Of a stretch of DNA of 64,000 nucleotides, positions 1-15,400 are shown piece after piece. The position numbers and the translations under genes are program-made. The notes under the pieces are model-generated. The model worked only from the letters and a program-made list of their open reading frames with translations, searched no databases and was not told where the DNA came from. The stretch lies in assembly GCA_002269645.1 (NCBI GenBank), contig NIVC01000528.1, positions 1-64,000 on the forward strand. The letters run 5' to 3'. This DNA comes from Macrostomum lignano (lineage: Eukaryota). Each line of letters begins with the position of its first letter. The first letter of the stretch is position 1.

Positions 1-3000
1 TCTAACTAGCCTGTCGCTGTCAATATATAGAATTAAATGGAGCTTAGAAATGACACTCAATGGGGCTGATATACACAGGTGCAAAGATGACGCAGAGCCG
101 CTACTCTCAGCATCTCTAACTAGCCCTGTCGCTGTCAATATATAGAATTAAATGGAGAGCTTAGAAATGACACTCAATGGGGCTGATATACACAGGTGCA
201 AAGATGACGCAGAGCCGCTACTCTCAGCATCTCTAACTAGCCCTGTCGCTGTCAATATATAGAATTAAATGGAGAGCTTAGAAATGACACTCAATGGGGC
301 TGATATACACAGGTGCAAAGATGACGCAGAGCCGCTACTCTCAGCATCTTCTAACTAGCCCTGTCGCTGTCAATATATAGAATTAAATAGAGCTTAGAAA
401 TGACACTCAATGGGCTGATATACACAGGTGCAAAGATGACGCAGAGCCGCTACTCTCAGCATCTCTAACTAGCTGTCGCTGTCAATATATAGAATTAAAT
501 GGAGAGCTTAGAAATGACACTCAATGGGCTGATATACACAGGTGCAAAGATGACGCAGAGCCCGCTACTCTCAGCATCTCTAACTAGCCTGTCGCTGTCA
601 ATATATAGAATTAAATGGAGAGCTTAGAAATGACACTCAATGGGGCTGATATACACAGGTGCAAAGATGACGCAGAGCCCGCTACTCTCAGCATCTCTAA
701 CTAGCCTGTCGCTGTCAATATATAGAATTAAATGGAGAGCTTAGAAATGACACTCAATGGGCTGATATACACAGGTGCAAAGATGACGCAGAGCCCGCTA
801 CTCTCAGCATCTCTAACTAGCCCTGTCGCTGTCAATATATAGAATTAAATGGAGAGCTTAGAAATGACACTCAATGGGGCTGATATACACAGGTGCAAAG
901 ATGACGCAGAGCCCGACTCTCAGCATCTCTAACTAGCCCTGTCGCTGTCAATATATAGAATTAAATGGAGAGCTTAGAAATGACACTCAATGGGGCTGAT
1001 ATACACAGGTGCAAAGATGACGCAGAGCCCGCTACTCTCAGCATCTCTAACTAGCCCTGTCGCTGTCAATATATAGAATTAAATGGAGAGCTTAGAAATG
1101 ACACTCAATGGGGCTGATATACACAGGTGCAAAGATGACGCAGAGCCCGCTACTCTCAGCATCTCTAACTAGCCCTGTCGCTGTCAATATATAGAATTAA
1201 ATGGAGAGCTTAGAAATGACACTCAATGGGGCTGATATACACAGGTGCAAAGATGACGCAGAGCCCGCTACTCTCAGCATCTCTAACTAGCCCTGTCGCT
1301 GTCAATATATAGAATTAAATGGAGAGCTTAGAAATGACACTCAATGGGCTGATATACACAGGTGCAAAGATGACGCAGAGCCGCTACTCTCAGCATCTCT
1401 AACTAGCCCTGTCGCTGTCAATATATAGAATTAAATGGAGAGCTTAGAAATGACACTCAATGGGGCTGATATACACAGGTGCAAAGATGACGCAGAGCCG
1501 CTACTCTCAGCATCTCTAACTAGCCCTGTCGCTGTCAATATATAGAATTAAATGGAGAGCTTAGAAATGACACTCAATGGGGCTGATATACACAGGTGCA
1601 AAGATGACGCAGAGCCCGCTACTCTCAGCATCTCTAACTAGCCCTGTCGCTGTCAATATATAGAATTAAATGGAGAGCTTAGAAATGACACTCAATGGGG
1701 CTGATATACACAGGTGCAAAGATGACGCAGAGCCCGCTACTCTCAGCATCTCTAACTAGCCCTGTCGCTGTCAATATATAGAATTAAATGGAGAGCTTAG
1801 AAATGACACTCAATGGGGCTGATATACACAGGTGCAAAGATGACGCAGAGCCCGCTACTCTCAGCATCTCTAACTAGCCCTGTCGCTGTCAATATATAGA
1901 ATTAAATGGAGAGCTTAGAAATGACACTCAATGGGGCTGATATACACAGGTGCAAAGATGACGCAGAGCCCGCTACTCTCAGCATCTCTAACTAGCCCTG
2001 TCGCTGTCAATATATAGAATTAAATGGAGAGCTTAGAAATGACACTCAATGGGGCTGATATACACAGGTGCAAAGATGACGCAGAGCCCGCTACTCTCAG
2101 CATCTCTAACTAGCCCTGTCGCTGTCAATATATAGAATTAAATGGAGAGCTTAGAAATGACACTCAATGGGGCTGATATACACAGGTGCAAAGATGACGC
2201 AGAGCCCGCTACTCTCAGCATCTCTAACTAGCCCTGTCGCTGTCAATATATAGAATTAAATGGAGAGCTTAGAAATGACACTCAATGGGGCTGATATACA
2301 CAGGTGCAAAGATGACGCAGAGCCCGCTACTCAGCATCTCTAACTAGCCCTGTCGCTGTCAATATATAGAATTAAATGGAGAGCTTAGAAATGACACTCA
2401 ATGGGGCTGATATACACAGGTGCAAAGATGACGCAGAGCCCGCTACTCTCAGCATCTCTAACTAGCCCTGTCGCTGTCAATATATAGAATTAAATGGAGA
2501 GCTTAGAAATGACACTCAATGGGGCTGATATACACAGGTGCAAAGATGACGCAGAGCCCGCTACTCTCAGCATCTCTAACTAGCCCTGTCGCTGTCAATA
2601 TATAGAATTAAATGGAGAGCTTAGAAATGACACTCAATGGGGCTGATATACACAGGTGCAAAGATGACGCAGAGCCCGCTACTCTCAGCATCTCTAACTA
2701 GCCCTGTCGCTGTCAATATATAGAATTAAATGGAGAGCTTAGAAATGACACTCAATGGGGCTGATATACACAGGTGCAAAGATGACGCAGAGCCCGCTAC
2801 TCTCAGCATCTCTAACTAGCCCTGTCGCTGTCAATATATAGAATTAAATGGAGAGCTTAGAAATGACACTCAATGGGGCTGATATACACAGGTGCAAAGA
2901 TGACGCAGAGCCCGCTACTCTCAGCATCTCTAACTAGCCCTGTCGCTGTCAATATATAGAATTAAATGGAGAGCTTAGAAATGACACTCAATGGGGCTGA

Positions 3001-6000
3001 TATACACAGGTGCAAAGATGACGCAGAGCCCGCTACTCTCAGCATCTCTAACTAGCCCTGTCGCTGTCAATATATAGAATTAAATGGAGAGCTTAGAAAT
3101 GACACTCAATGGGGCTGATATACACAGGTGCAAAGATGACGCAGAGCCCGCTACTCTCAGCATCTCTAACTAGCCCTGTCGCTGTCAATATATAGAATTA
3201 AATGGAGAGCTTAGAAATGACACTCAATGGGGCTGATATACACAGGTGCAAAGATGACGCAGAGCCCGCTACTCTCAGCATCTCTAACTAGCCCTGTCGC
3301 TGTCAATATATAGAATTAAATGGAGAGCTTAGAAATGACACTCAATGGGGCTGATATACACAGGTGCAAAGATGACGCAGAGCCCGCTACTCTCAGCATC
3401 TCTAACTAGCCCTGTCGCTGTCAATATATAGAATTAAATGGAGAGCTTAGAAATGACACTCAATGGGGCTGATATACACAGGTGCAAAGATGACGCAGAG
3501 CCCGCTACTCTCAGCATCTCTAACTAGCCCTGTCGCTGTCAATATATAGAATTAAATGGAGAGCTTAGAAATGACACTCAATGGGGCTGATATACACAGG
3601 TGCAAAGATGACGCAGAGCCCGCTACTCTCAGCATCTCTAACTAGCCCTGTCGCTGTCAATATATAGAATTAAATGGAGAGCTTAGAAATGACACTCAAT
3701 GGGGCTGATATACACAGGTGCAAAGATGACGCAGAGCCCGCTACTCTCAGCATCTCTAACTAGCCCTGTCGCTGTCAATATATAGAATTAAATGGAGAGC
3801 TTAGAAATGACACTCAATGGGGCTGATATACACAGGTGCAAAGATGACGCAGAGCCCGCTACTCTCAGCATCTCTAACTAGCCCTGTCGCTGTCAATATA
3901 TAGAATTAAATGGAGAGCTTAGAAATGACACTCAATGGGGCTGATATACACAGGTGCAAAGATGACGCAGAGCCCGCTACTCTCAGCATCTCTAACTAGC
4001 CCTGTCGCTGTCAATATATAGAATTAAATGGAGAGCTTAGAAATGACACTCAATGGGGCTGATATACACAGGTGCAAAGATGACGCAGAGCCCGCTACTC
4101 TCAGCATCTCTAACTAGCCCTGTCGCTGTCAATATATAGAATTAAATGGAGAGCTTAGAAATGACACTCAATGGGGCTGATATACACAGGTGCAAAGATG
4201 ACGCAGAGCCCGCTACTCTCAGCATCTCTAACTAGCCCTGTCGCTGTCAATATATAGAATTAAATGGAGAGCTTAGAAATGACACTCAATGGGGCTGATA
4301 TACACAGGTGCAAAGATGACGCAGAGCCCGCTACTCTCAGCATCTCTAACTAGCCCTGTCGCTGTCAATATATAGAATTAAATGGAGAGCTTAGAAATGA
4401 CACTCAATGGGGCTGATATACACAGGTGCAAAGATGACGCAGAGCCCGCTACTCTCAGCATCTCTAACTAGCCCTGTCGCTGTCAATATATAGAATTAAA
4501 TGGAGAGCTTAGAAATGACACTCAATGGGGCTGATATACACAGGTGCAAAGATGACGCAGAGCCCGCTACTCTCAGCATCTCTAACTAGCCCTGTCGCTG
4601 TCAATATATAGAATTAAATGGAGAGCTTAGAAATGACACTCAATGGGGCTGATATACACAGGTGCAAAGATGACGCAGAGCCCGCTACTCTCAGCATCTC
4701 TAACTAGCCCTGTCGCTGTCAATATATAGAATTAAATGGAGAGCTTAGAAATGACACTCAATGGGGCTGATATACACAGGTGCAAAGATGACGCAGAGCC
4801 CGCTACTCTCAGCATCTCTAACTAGCCCTGTCGCTGTCAATATATAGAATTAAATGGAGAGCTTAGAAATGACACTCAATGGGGCTGATATACACAGGTG
4901 CAAAGATGACGCAGAGCCCGCTACTCTCAGCATCTCTAACTAGCCCTGTCGCTGTCAATATATAGAATTAAATGGAGAGCTTAGAAATGACACTCAATGG
5001 GGCTGATATACACAGGTGCAAAGATGACGCAGAGCCCGCTACTCTCAGCATCTCTAACTAGCCCTGTCGCTGTCAATATATAGAATTAAATGGAGAGCTT
5101 AGAAATGACACTCAATGGGGCTGATATACACAGGTGCAAAGATGACGCAGAGCCCGCTACTCTCAGCATCTCTAACTAGCCCTGTCGCTGTCAATATATA
5201 GAATTAAATGGAGAGCTTAGAAATGACACTCAATGGGGCTGATATACACAGGTGCAAAGATGACGCAGAGCCCGCTACTCTCAGCATCTCTAACTAGCCC
5301 TGTCGCTGTCAATATATAGAATTAAATGGAGAGCTTAGAAATGACACTCAATGGGGCTGATATACACAGGTGCAAAGATGACGCAGAGCCCGCTACTCTC
5401 AGCATCTCTAACTAGCCCTGTCGCTGTCAATATATAGAATTAAATGGAGAGCTTAGAAATGACACTCAATGGGGCTGATATACACAGGTGCAAAGATGAC
5501 GCAGAGCCCGCTACTCTCAGCATCTCTAACTAGCCCTGTCGCTGTCAATATATAGAATTAAATGGAGAGCTTAGAAATGACACTCAATGGGGCTGATATA
5601 CGCAGGTGCAAAGATGACGCAGAGCCCGCTACTCTCAGCATCTCTAACTAGCCCTGTCGCTGTCAATATATAGAATTAAATGGAGAGCTTAGAAATGACA
5701 CTCAATGGGGCTGATATACACAGGTGCAAAGATGACGCAGAGCCCGCTACTCTCAGCATCTCTAACTAGCCCTGTCGCTGTCAATATATAGAATTAAATG
5801 GAGAGCTTAGAAATGACACTCAATGGGGCTGATATACACAGGTGCAAAGATGACGCAGAGCCCGCTACTCTCAGCATCTCTAACTAGCCCTGTCGCTGTC
5901 AATATATAGAATTAAATGGAGAGCTTAGAAATGACACTCAATGGGGCTGATATACACAGGTGCAAAGATGACGCAGAGCCCGCTACACTCAGCATCTCTA

Positions 6001-9000
6001 ACTAGCCCTGTCGCTGTCAATATATAGAATTAAATGGAGAGCTTAGAAATGACACTCAATGGGGCTGATATACACAGGTGCAAAGATGACGCAGAGCCCG
6101 CTACTCTCAGCATCTCTAACTAGCCCTGTCGCTGTCAATATATAGAATTAAATGGAGAGCTTAGAAATGACACTCAATGGGGCTGATATACACAGGTGCA
6201 AAGATGACGCAGAGCCCGCTACTCTCAGCATCTCTAACTAGCCCTGTCGCTGTCAATATATAGAATTAAATGGAGAGCTTAGAAATGACACTCAATGGGG
6301 CTGATATACACAGGTGCAAAGATGACGCAGAGCCCGCTACTCAGCATCTCTAACTAGCCCTGTCGCTGTCAATATATAGAATTAAATGGAGAGCTTAGAA
6401 ATGACACTCAATGGGGCTGATATACACAGGTGCAAAGATGACGCAGAGCCCGCTACTCTCAGCATCTCTAACTAGCCCTGTCGCTGTCAATATATAGAAT
6501 TAAATGGAGAGCTTAGAAATGACACTCAATGGGGCTGATATACACAGGTGCAAAGATGACGCAGAGCCCGCTACTCTCAGCATCTCTAACTAGCCCTGTC
6601 GCTGTCAATATATAGAATTAAATGGAGAGCTTAGAAATGACACTCAATGGGGCTGATATACACAGGTGCAAAGATGACGCAGAGCCCGCTACTCTCAGCA
6701 TCTCTAACTAGCCCTGTCGCTGTCAATATATAGAATTAAATGGAGAGCTTAGAAATGACACTCAATGGGGCTGATATACACAGGTGCAAAGATGACGCAG
6801 AGCCCGCTACTCTCAGCATCTCTAACTAGCCCTGTCGCTGTCAATATATAGAATTAAATGGAGAGCTTAGAAATGACACTCAATGGGGCTGATATACACA
6901 GGTGCAAAGATGACGCAGAGCCCGCTACTCTCAGCATCTCTAACTAGCCCTGTCGCTGTCAATATATAGAATTAAATGGAGAGCTTAGAAATGACACTCA
7001 ATGGGGCTGATATACACAGGTGCAAAGATGACGCAGAGCCCGCTACTCTCAGCATCTCTAACTAGCCCTGTCGCTGTCAATATATAGAATTAAATGGAGA
7101 GCTTAGAAATGACACTCAATGGGGCTGATATACACAGGTGCAAAGATGACGCAGAGCCCGCTACTCTCAGCATCTCTAACTAGCCCTGTCGCTGTCAATA
7201 TATAGAATTAAATGGAGAGCTTAGAAATGACACTCAATGGGGCTGATATACACAGGTGCAAAGATGACGCAGAGCCCGCTACTCTCAGCATCTCTAACTA
7301 GCCCTGTCGCTGTCAATATATAGAATTAAATGGAGAGCTTAGAAATGACACTCAATGGGGCTGATATACACAGGTGCAAAGATGACGCAGAGCCCGCTAC
7401 TCTCAGCATCTCTAACTAGCCCTGTCGCTGTCAATATATAGAATTAAATGGAGAGCTTAGAAATGACACTCAATGGGGCTGATATACACAGGTGCAAAGA
7501 TGACGCAGAGCCCGCTACTCAGCATCTCTAACTAGCCCTGTCGCTGTCAATATATAGAATTAAATGGAGAGCTTAGAAATGACACTCAATGGGGCTGATA
7601 TACACAGGTGCAAAGATGACGCAGAGCCCGCTACTCTCAGCATCTCTAACTAGCCCTGTCGCTGTCAATATATAGAATTAAATGGAGAGCTTAGAAATGA
7701 CACTCAATGGGGCTGATATACACAGGTGCAAAGATGACGCAGAGCCCGCTACTCTCAGCATCTCTAACTAGCCCTGTCGCTGTCAATATATAGAATTAAA
7801 TGGAGAGCTTAGAAATGACACTCAATGGGGCTGATATACACAGGTGCAAAGATGACGCAGAGCCCGCTACTCTCAGCATCTCTAACTAGCCCTGTCGCTG
7901 TCAATATATAGAATTAAATGGAGAGCTTAGAAATGACACTCAATGGGGCTGATATACACAGGTGCAAAGATGACGCAGAGCCCGCTACTCTCAGCATCTC
8001 TAACTAGCCCTGTCGCTGTCAATATATAGAATTAAATGGAGAGCTTAGAAATGACACTCAATGGGGCTGATATACACAGGTGCAAAGATGACGCAGAGCC
8101 CGCTACTCTCAGCATCTCTAACTAGCCCTGTCGCTGTCAATATATAGAATTAAATGGAGAGCTTAGAAATGACACTCAATGGGGCTGATATACACAGGTG
8201 CAAAGATGACGCAGAGCCCGCTACTCTCAGCATCTCTAACTAGCCCTGTCGCTGTCAATATATAGAATTAAATGGAGAGCTTAGAAATGACACTCAATGG
8301 GGCTGATATACACAGGTGCAAAGATGACGCAGAGCCCGCTACTCTCAGCATCTCTAACTAGCCCTGTCGCTGTCAATATATAGAATTAAATGGAGAGCTT
8401 AGAAATGACACTCAATGGGGCTGATATACACAGGTGCAAAGATGACGCAGAGCCCGCTACTCTCAGCATCTCTAACTAGCCCTGTCGCTGTCAATATATA
8501 GAATTAAATGGAGAGCTTAGAAATGACACTCAATGGGGCTGATATACACAGGTGCAAAGATGACGCAGAGCCCGCTACTCTCAGCATCTCTAACTAGCCC
8601 TGTCGCTGTCAATATATAGAATTAAATGGAGAGCTTAGAAATGACACTCAATGGGGCTGATATACACAGGTGCAAAGATGACGCAGAGCCCGCTACTCTC
8701 AGCATCTCTAACTAGCCCTGTCGCTGTCAATATATAGAATTAAATGGAGAGCTTAGAAATGACACTCAATGGGGCTGATATACGCAGGTGCAAAGATGAC
8801 GCAGAGCCCGCTACTCTCAGCATCTCTAACTAGCCCTGTCGCTGTCAATATATAGAATTAAATGGAGAGCTTAGAAATGACACTCAATGGGGCTGATATA
8901 CACAGGTGCAAAGATGACGCAGAGCCCGCTACTCTCAGCATCTCTAACTAGCCCTGTCGCTGTCAATATATAGAATTAAATGGAGAGCTTAGAAATGACA

Positions 9001-10682
9001 CTCAATGGGGCTGATATACACAGGTGCAAAGATGACGCAGAGCCCGCTACACTCAGCATCTCTAACTAGCCCTGTCGCTGTCAATATATAGAATTAAATG
9101 GAGAGCTTAGAAATGACACTCAATGGGGCTGATATACACAGGTGCAAAGATGACGCAGAGCCCGCTACTCTCAGCATCTCTAACTAGCCCTGTCGCTGTC
9201 AATATATAGAATTAAATGGAGAGCTTAGAAATGACACTCAATGGGGCTGATATACACAGGTGCAAAGATGACGCAGAGCCCGCTACTCTCAGCATCTCTA
9301 ACTAGCCCTGTCGCTGTCAATATATAGAATTAAATGGAGAGCTTAGAAATGACACTCAATGGGGCTGATATACACAGGTGCAAAGATGACGCAGAGCCCG
9401 CTACTCTCAGCATCTCTAACTAGCCCTGTCGCTGTCAATATATAGAATTAAATGGAGAGCTTAGAAATGACACTCAATGGGGCTGATATACACAGGTGCA
9501 AAGATGACGCAGAGCCCGCTACTCTCAGCATCTCTAACTAGCCCTGTCGCTGTCAATATATAGAATTAAATGGAGAGCTTAGAAATGACACTCAATGGGG
9601 CTGATATACGCAGGTGCAAAGATGACGCAGAGCCCGCTACTCTCAGCATCTCTAACTAGCCCTGTCGCTGTCAATATATAGAATTAAATGGAGAGCTTAG
9701 AAATGACACTCAATGGGGCTGATATACACAGGTGCAAAGATGACGCAGAGCCCGCTACTCTCAGCATCTCTAACTAGCCCTGTCGCTGTCAATATATAGA
9801 ATTAAATGGAGAGCTTAGAAATGACACTCAATGGGGCTGATATACACAGGTGCAAAGATGACGCAGAGCCCGCTACACTCAGCATCTCTAACTAGCCCTG
9901 TCGCTGTCAATATATAGAATTAAATGGAGAGCTTAGAAATGACACTCAATGGGGCTGATATACACAGGTGCAAAGATGACGCAGAGCCCGCTACACTCAG
10001 CATCTCTAACTAGCCCTGTCGCTGTCAATATATAGAATTAAATGGAGAGCTTAGAAATGACACTCAATGGGGCTGATATACACAGGTGCAAAGATGACGC
10101 AGAGCCCGCTACACTCAGCATCTCTAACTAGCCCTGTCGCTGTCAATATATAGAATTAAATGGAGAGCTTAGAAATGACACTCAATGGGGCTGATATACA
10201 CAGGTGCAAAGATGACGCAGAGCCCGCTAAACTCAGCATCTCTAACTAGCCCTGTCGCTGTCAATATATAGAATTAAATGGAGAGCTTAGAAATGACACT
10301 CAATGGGGCTGATATACACAGGTGCAAAGATGACGCAGAGCCCGCTACTCTCAGCATCTCTAACTAGCCCTGTCGCTGTCAATATATATAATTAAATGGA
10401 GAGCTTAGAAATGACACTCAATGGGGCTGATATACACAGGTGCAAAGATGACGCAGAGCCCGCTACTCTCAGCATCTCTAACTAGCCCTGTCGCTGTCAA
10501 TATATAGAATTAAATGGAGAGCTTAGAAATGACACTCAATGGGGCTGATATACACAGGTGCAAAGATGACGCAGAGCCCGCTACTCTCAGCATCTCTAAC
10601 TAGCCCTGTCGCTGTCAATATATAGAATTAAATGGAGAGCTTAGAAATGACACTCAATGGGGCTGATATACGCAGGTGCAAA
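1..10682. repeat. 118-bp tandem satellite, about 90 copies, truncated by the window start
   Basis: Unit TCTCTAACTAGCCCTGTCGCTGTCAATATATAGAATTAAATGGAGAGCTTAGAAATGACACTCAATGGGGCTGATATACACAGGTGCAAAGATGACGCAGAGCCCGCTACTCTCAGCA counted as 118 nt; the register shifts 2 nt per 120-nt line pair. Ends abruptly at ...GGTGCAAA near 10682. Confidence 0.99.
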
Positions 10683-11275
10683 TATTGTTATTTACATAGT
10701 TATTTGAATAACTATAACTTCAAATAGTTTTTCGAAGGATTGTAGTTTTGTCTCTTGAAGTCTAATATGTGTCTTTGTTTTTCTCCTTAAAGTAGTGTAT
10801 CTGATTTTAGCTTTATTTTTGTTGGGATAGGGAAAATCTTGTGTTGTTTTATTGGTTTAAGTTTCGTCATTTTTTATATGGGGTATATTTAGAATATATC
10901 CTTTTTTGAAACGGTAATTTTTTGCGCGTCATTTTTAGTTACTTAGAGGATATATTCGATTGTGTCATTTCTACATTCTGCGTCATCCAAACGCCCCTCC
11001 TTCTCTCTTTCTCTCCTCCCGTAAGTCGTTGAGTAAAAATAAACACTGCACTCACTTTGGAGACTTAGCAGCTGCAGCTTTCTGACCGCTTCACCCTTAG
11101 CCCGTGTCATTTGGCTATCTGTTTAGAATTTAGATCCTCTGTATCACTATGGATTATCATGGATTATCACTAGTAGGGCTACCTGGGATTAGTGTTCTTG
11201 TCCTGCTGCTTTTGGAGTTCAAATTATATTATAATCATTATTGTTTCTAAAAATGCCTCCTTGGATGAGGAATAC

Positions 11276-12083
<808 letters not shown>

Positions 12084-12089
12084 ATTCTC

Positions 12090-12348
12090 TCTCCAATTCC
12101 TGCTGGCCTCATCTTGCCAATTAATTTTGCGCTCACCGTCACGAAATTTGGCGTGTCGACCGGGCCGAGCGCCCCGCTGTGGCGGCGGCTGCCAGCCAGA
12201 AGCCAATCAGAGATCGGAGCGCCGCGGGAGCCTCTCAGGAGACTCAGTATTAATCCGGCTGCGATTCTCAGAGATTTACTTCATTTAGCTTTATCCATCC
12301 CTCCCAAGAATCCAGATTTCAATTCCCACATCGAGCAGTTGGCAGAAA
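12090..12348 (+). promoter_or_regulatory. Probable promoter/5'UTR of the HCN gene (CpG-rich island with CCAAT box)
   Basis: GC/CpG-rich patch with AGCCAATCAG at 12201-12210, just upstream of ATG 12349. Confidence 0.4.
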
Positions 12349-12424
12349 ATGTCGAAGAACAGAGACAAGCGACGCCTGCTGCTTGAGGTGCCGCCCGCCG
12401 TGTTTGAGAGCTGCGGATCTGATG
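12349..12424 (+). CDS. HCN: HCN putative coding exon 1 ([25 protein letters not shown])
   Basis: ATG 12349, donor G|GTGAGC in phase 1, matching the phase-1 acceptor at 24677. Inferred from phase only; 12.25-kb intron. Confidence 0.55.
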
Positions 12425-15400
12425 GTGAGCATCTTCTAAGCGCTGGGAATTCAAGGCTCACTGGCTTCTCATTGGTGGCCTTCCTACCTGTTGCGGAATT
12501 GCTTTACCTTCCATTCACTTTTCTAAACTCCACTTCTTTACCCTCCACATCTTTACCCTCCACATCTTTACCCTCCACATCTTTACCCTCCATATCTTTA
12601 CCCTCCACATCTTTACCCTACACATCTTTACCCTCCACATCTTTACCCTCCATATCTTTACCCTCTACATCTTTACCCTACACATCTTTACCCTCCACAT
12701 CTTTACCCTACACATCTTTACCCTCCACATCTTCATCCTCCACATCTTTACCCTCCATATCTTTACCCTCCACATCTTTACCCTCCATATTTTTACCCTT
12801 CACATCTTTACCCTACACTTATTTACCCTCCACATCTTTACCCTCTACGTCTTCAGCCTCCACATCTTTACCCTCCACATCTTTACCCTCCACATCTTTA
12901 CCCTCTACGTCTTTACCCTCCATATCTTTACCCTCTACGTCTTCACCCTCCACATCTTTACCCTCCACATCTTTACCCTCCACATCTTTACCCTCCACAT
13001 ATTTACCCTCTACGTCTTCACCCTCCATATCTTTACCCTCTACGTATTCACCCTCCATATCTTTACCCTCCACATCTTTACCCTCCACATCTTTACCCTC
13101 CATATTTTTACCCTTCACATCTTTACCCTACACTTACTTACCCCAACCACATCTTTATCCCCCGCTATATATTTATCTTTCAATTAATGCCATCCACTCT
13201 CTAAGAATCAATCTCTACTCCAACAAAAGATTTGAATTAGTTATTACTGTGCGTCTACCATGGTCAAATGGAGCACCAGGACGCTGTACCCAGAAATGCA
13301 TTGGCGAGATGGGAATTTTTCTGTTTTTAGATCGAAAAATTCCCAAAATATCTCACCTTCGATCTGGACTTCCGAATTCGAAATGAGGCTGAGTGATGAG
13401 AGAAGAGAGGAGAAGGCAAGAGAAGTGATGAGAGCAGAGATGGAAGATAAGACAAGAGAGTGATGAGAGCAGAGATGGAAGATAAGACAAGAGAGTGATG
13501 AGAGCAGAGATGGAAGATAAGACAAGAGAGGGAAGAGAGGAGAGATAAGAGGGGAGAGAAGAGACGCAAACCTTGAGCGGGCCGAATAGCTATTTTAAAG
13601 TTTCAAAAGACCCGAGGTCCGGATAGAGAGGAAAATAAACGAAAGAGCGAACATGAAACAATATTTTGCTCACTAAAGCCCGCTACTTTTTGTAAAGCAA
13701 GCCAATCTTTTCGAATTTTACGAGTAGAGAGGCTTCACGGGCGTTAAACATTTTCTTGACTAAATGTTCGAATAAATCTTGGACAAAACCCATGCTTGCT
13801 TCATTTGGAATTCAGAAGTCGAGAAGGGGGAGACATTGGCGATTCAGTGTTAAAGCAGGGGCGTAGCGAGGGGGGTATCGGTGTATCGGCCGATACCCCC
13901 AAATTTCCAAAGCAAAAATTTTTTTATTTACTTTTTTTAGTTGCAAGTGACCGTTAAGGAAGAGAAAGGTATCCGAATCGATAGAATAACAATTAACAAA
14001 CGAATAAAGTGATTATATGTAATAGTATCATTAATAGCTTGTATGCATTAGAAATACATTAAGGCCTAAGGGGATGTGTGGATCTCAAGTCATTTCATTG
14101 CTTTCTTTGTACTCGTATAACTTGGTCCTTGGACAACTATCAACTATCAACTCATTCTCCCAACCGACCAACCGACTATTAAGGGGTGAGGGGGGTGAGT
14201 GGATAACCGAGGGGGTGGCCGGGTGGGACTGGGGCGTGGCCCGTGGGCAGTCTGCCAGCTGAGCCAGTGGAATCAGTGATGAACGATGGGGTGGGTTGCC
14301 TGGCCAGTTTTCGCTGCAAAATGCATTAGCTTCTGAATTGTTTGAAAGAAGTCTGTCTTGAATTAACTAGAAATTAAAATTCAGGGGCCAGGGGGTGAAG
14401 GGTATATTATGTACAGAGGAGAGAACTAGAACTAGAAGGAAAGAAGGAGGAACTAAATAGGCATGTACATTAAGAAAGACTAAGATGAGCATCTACGTCT
14501 GCCTGCTGACCCCACCATCCTGAGAAGACTATAAAAAGGGGAAGGAATAAGGAAAGAATTAACTATAACCTCGCCTCCTCCAAGCCGTTTATTCTAAGGC
14601 CGTAAAGCCGTTTATTCTAAATCTAAGGCAGATTTTTTTATTTCTGGACTGGACTGCTACTAAAGTCTGCAAAAGAGTTCATGTGGAATTCAAAATGAGC
14701 AAGCGAAAATCTCATGGTCATGATATCCGCTCATTATTTGAGAACTTAAAGCGGTCCCGCCCTAACCCTGATCCTGCGCTACTGTCTACGCCTAGTTCTA
14801 GCACTACACAGCCAGATTCATCTATTGTGTCTTGTGACACTGCTACTGGCAGTTTGCCCGACTTGGCTACTCCGAATTCAGTTCCAACAGCTCCCGAGCA
14901 ACAACTGCAAGCTACTATTACTTCTTCAAGTCAGTTTGACGAGTCTGATCTCCAACATCAAGCAGATGAAGCAGCTGCTGAGACTGAGATCAATGTCAAT
15001 GACATCGGCTATGCTGTTGAGCTTCGTCGCGATGGAAAGCTGGATACAGCTACTCGACTGCGATTCCTTAAGGACTGTTGGGTGCCCCCACAAGGGTACT
15101 CATTCCCGTTCACGCTTAAATCTGATAAGGGCAATGTCCACAAGCGCTACTTGTCTCACCAACATCTAACTGGTCGCAACGCATGCTTTGCGTATTCTGC
15201 TAAGCTCGGCGGCGTATTTTGCAAGTAAGTTAGAAGTTAATGTGAGTTTATTGATGTATTGCTAAATTGTACTCTTGACATCTGGATCTGGTCTTGAGGT
15301 ACATGTATGGACCACAGATACTAGAACAACTCTAGTATCTAGTATCTAGTATCTAGTGTTCTAGTATCTGTGGTATGGACTTAATGCTCACTCCTACCAT

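Noticed and set aside
1-950. Higher indel density in the first satellite units as real divergence
   Set aside because: Mostly 1-2 nt homopolymer or dinucleotide indels near the sequence start; more likely low-coverage consensus error.
1-10682. 118-bp array as a 5S rRNA cluster, CRISPR array, snoRNA or ribozyme repeat
   Set aside because: No 5S sequence features on either strand, no variable spacers, no proper C/D boxes; the reverse-strand CTGAGAG does not fit CUGANGA.
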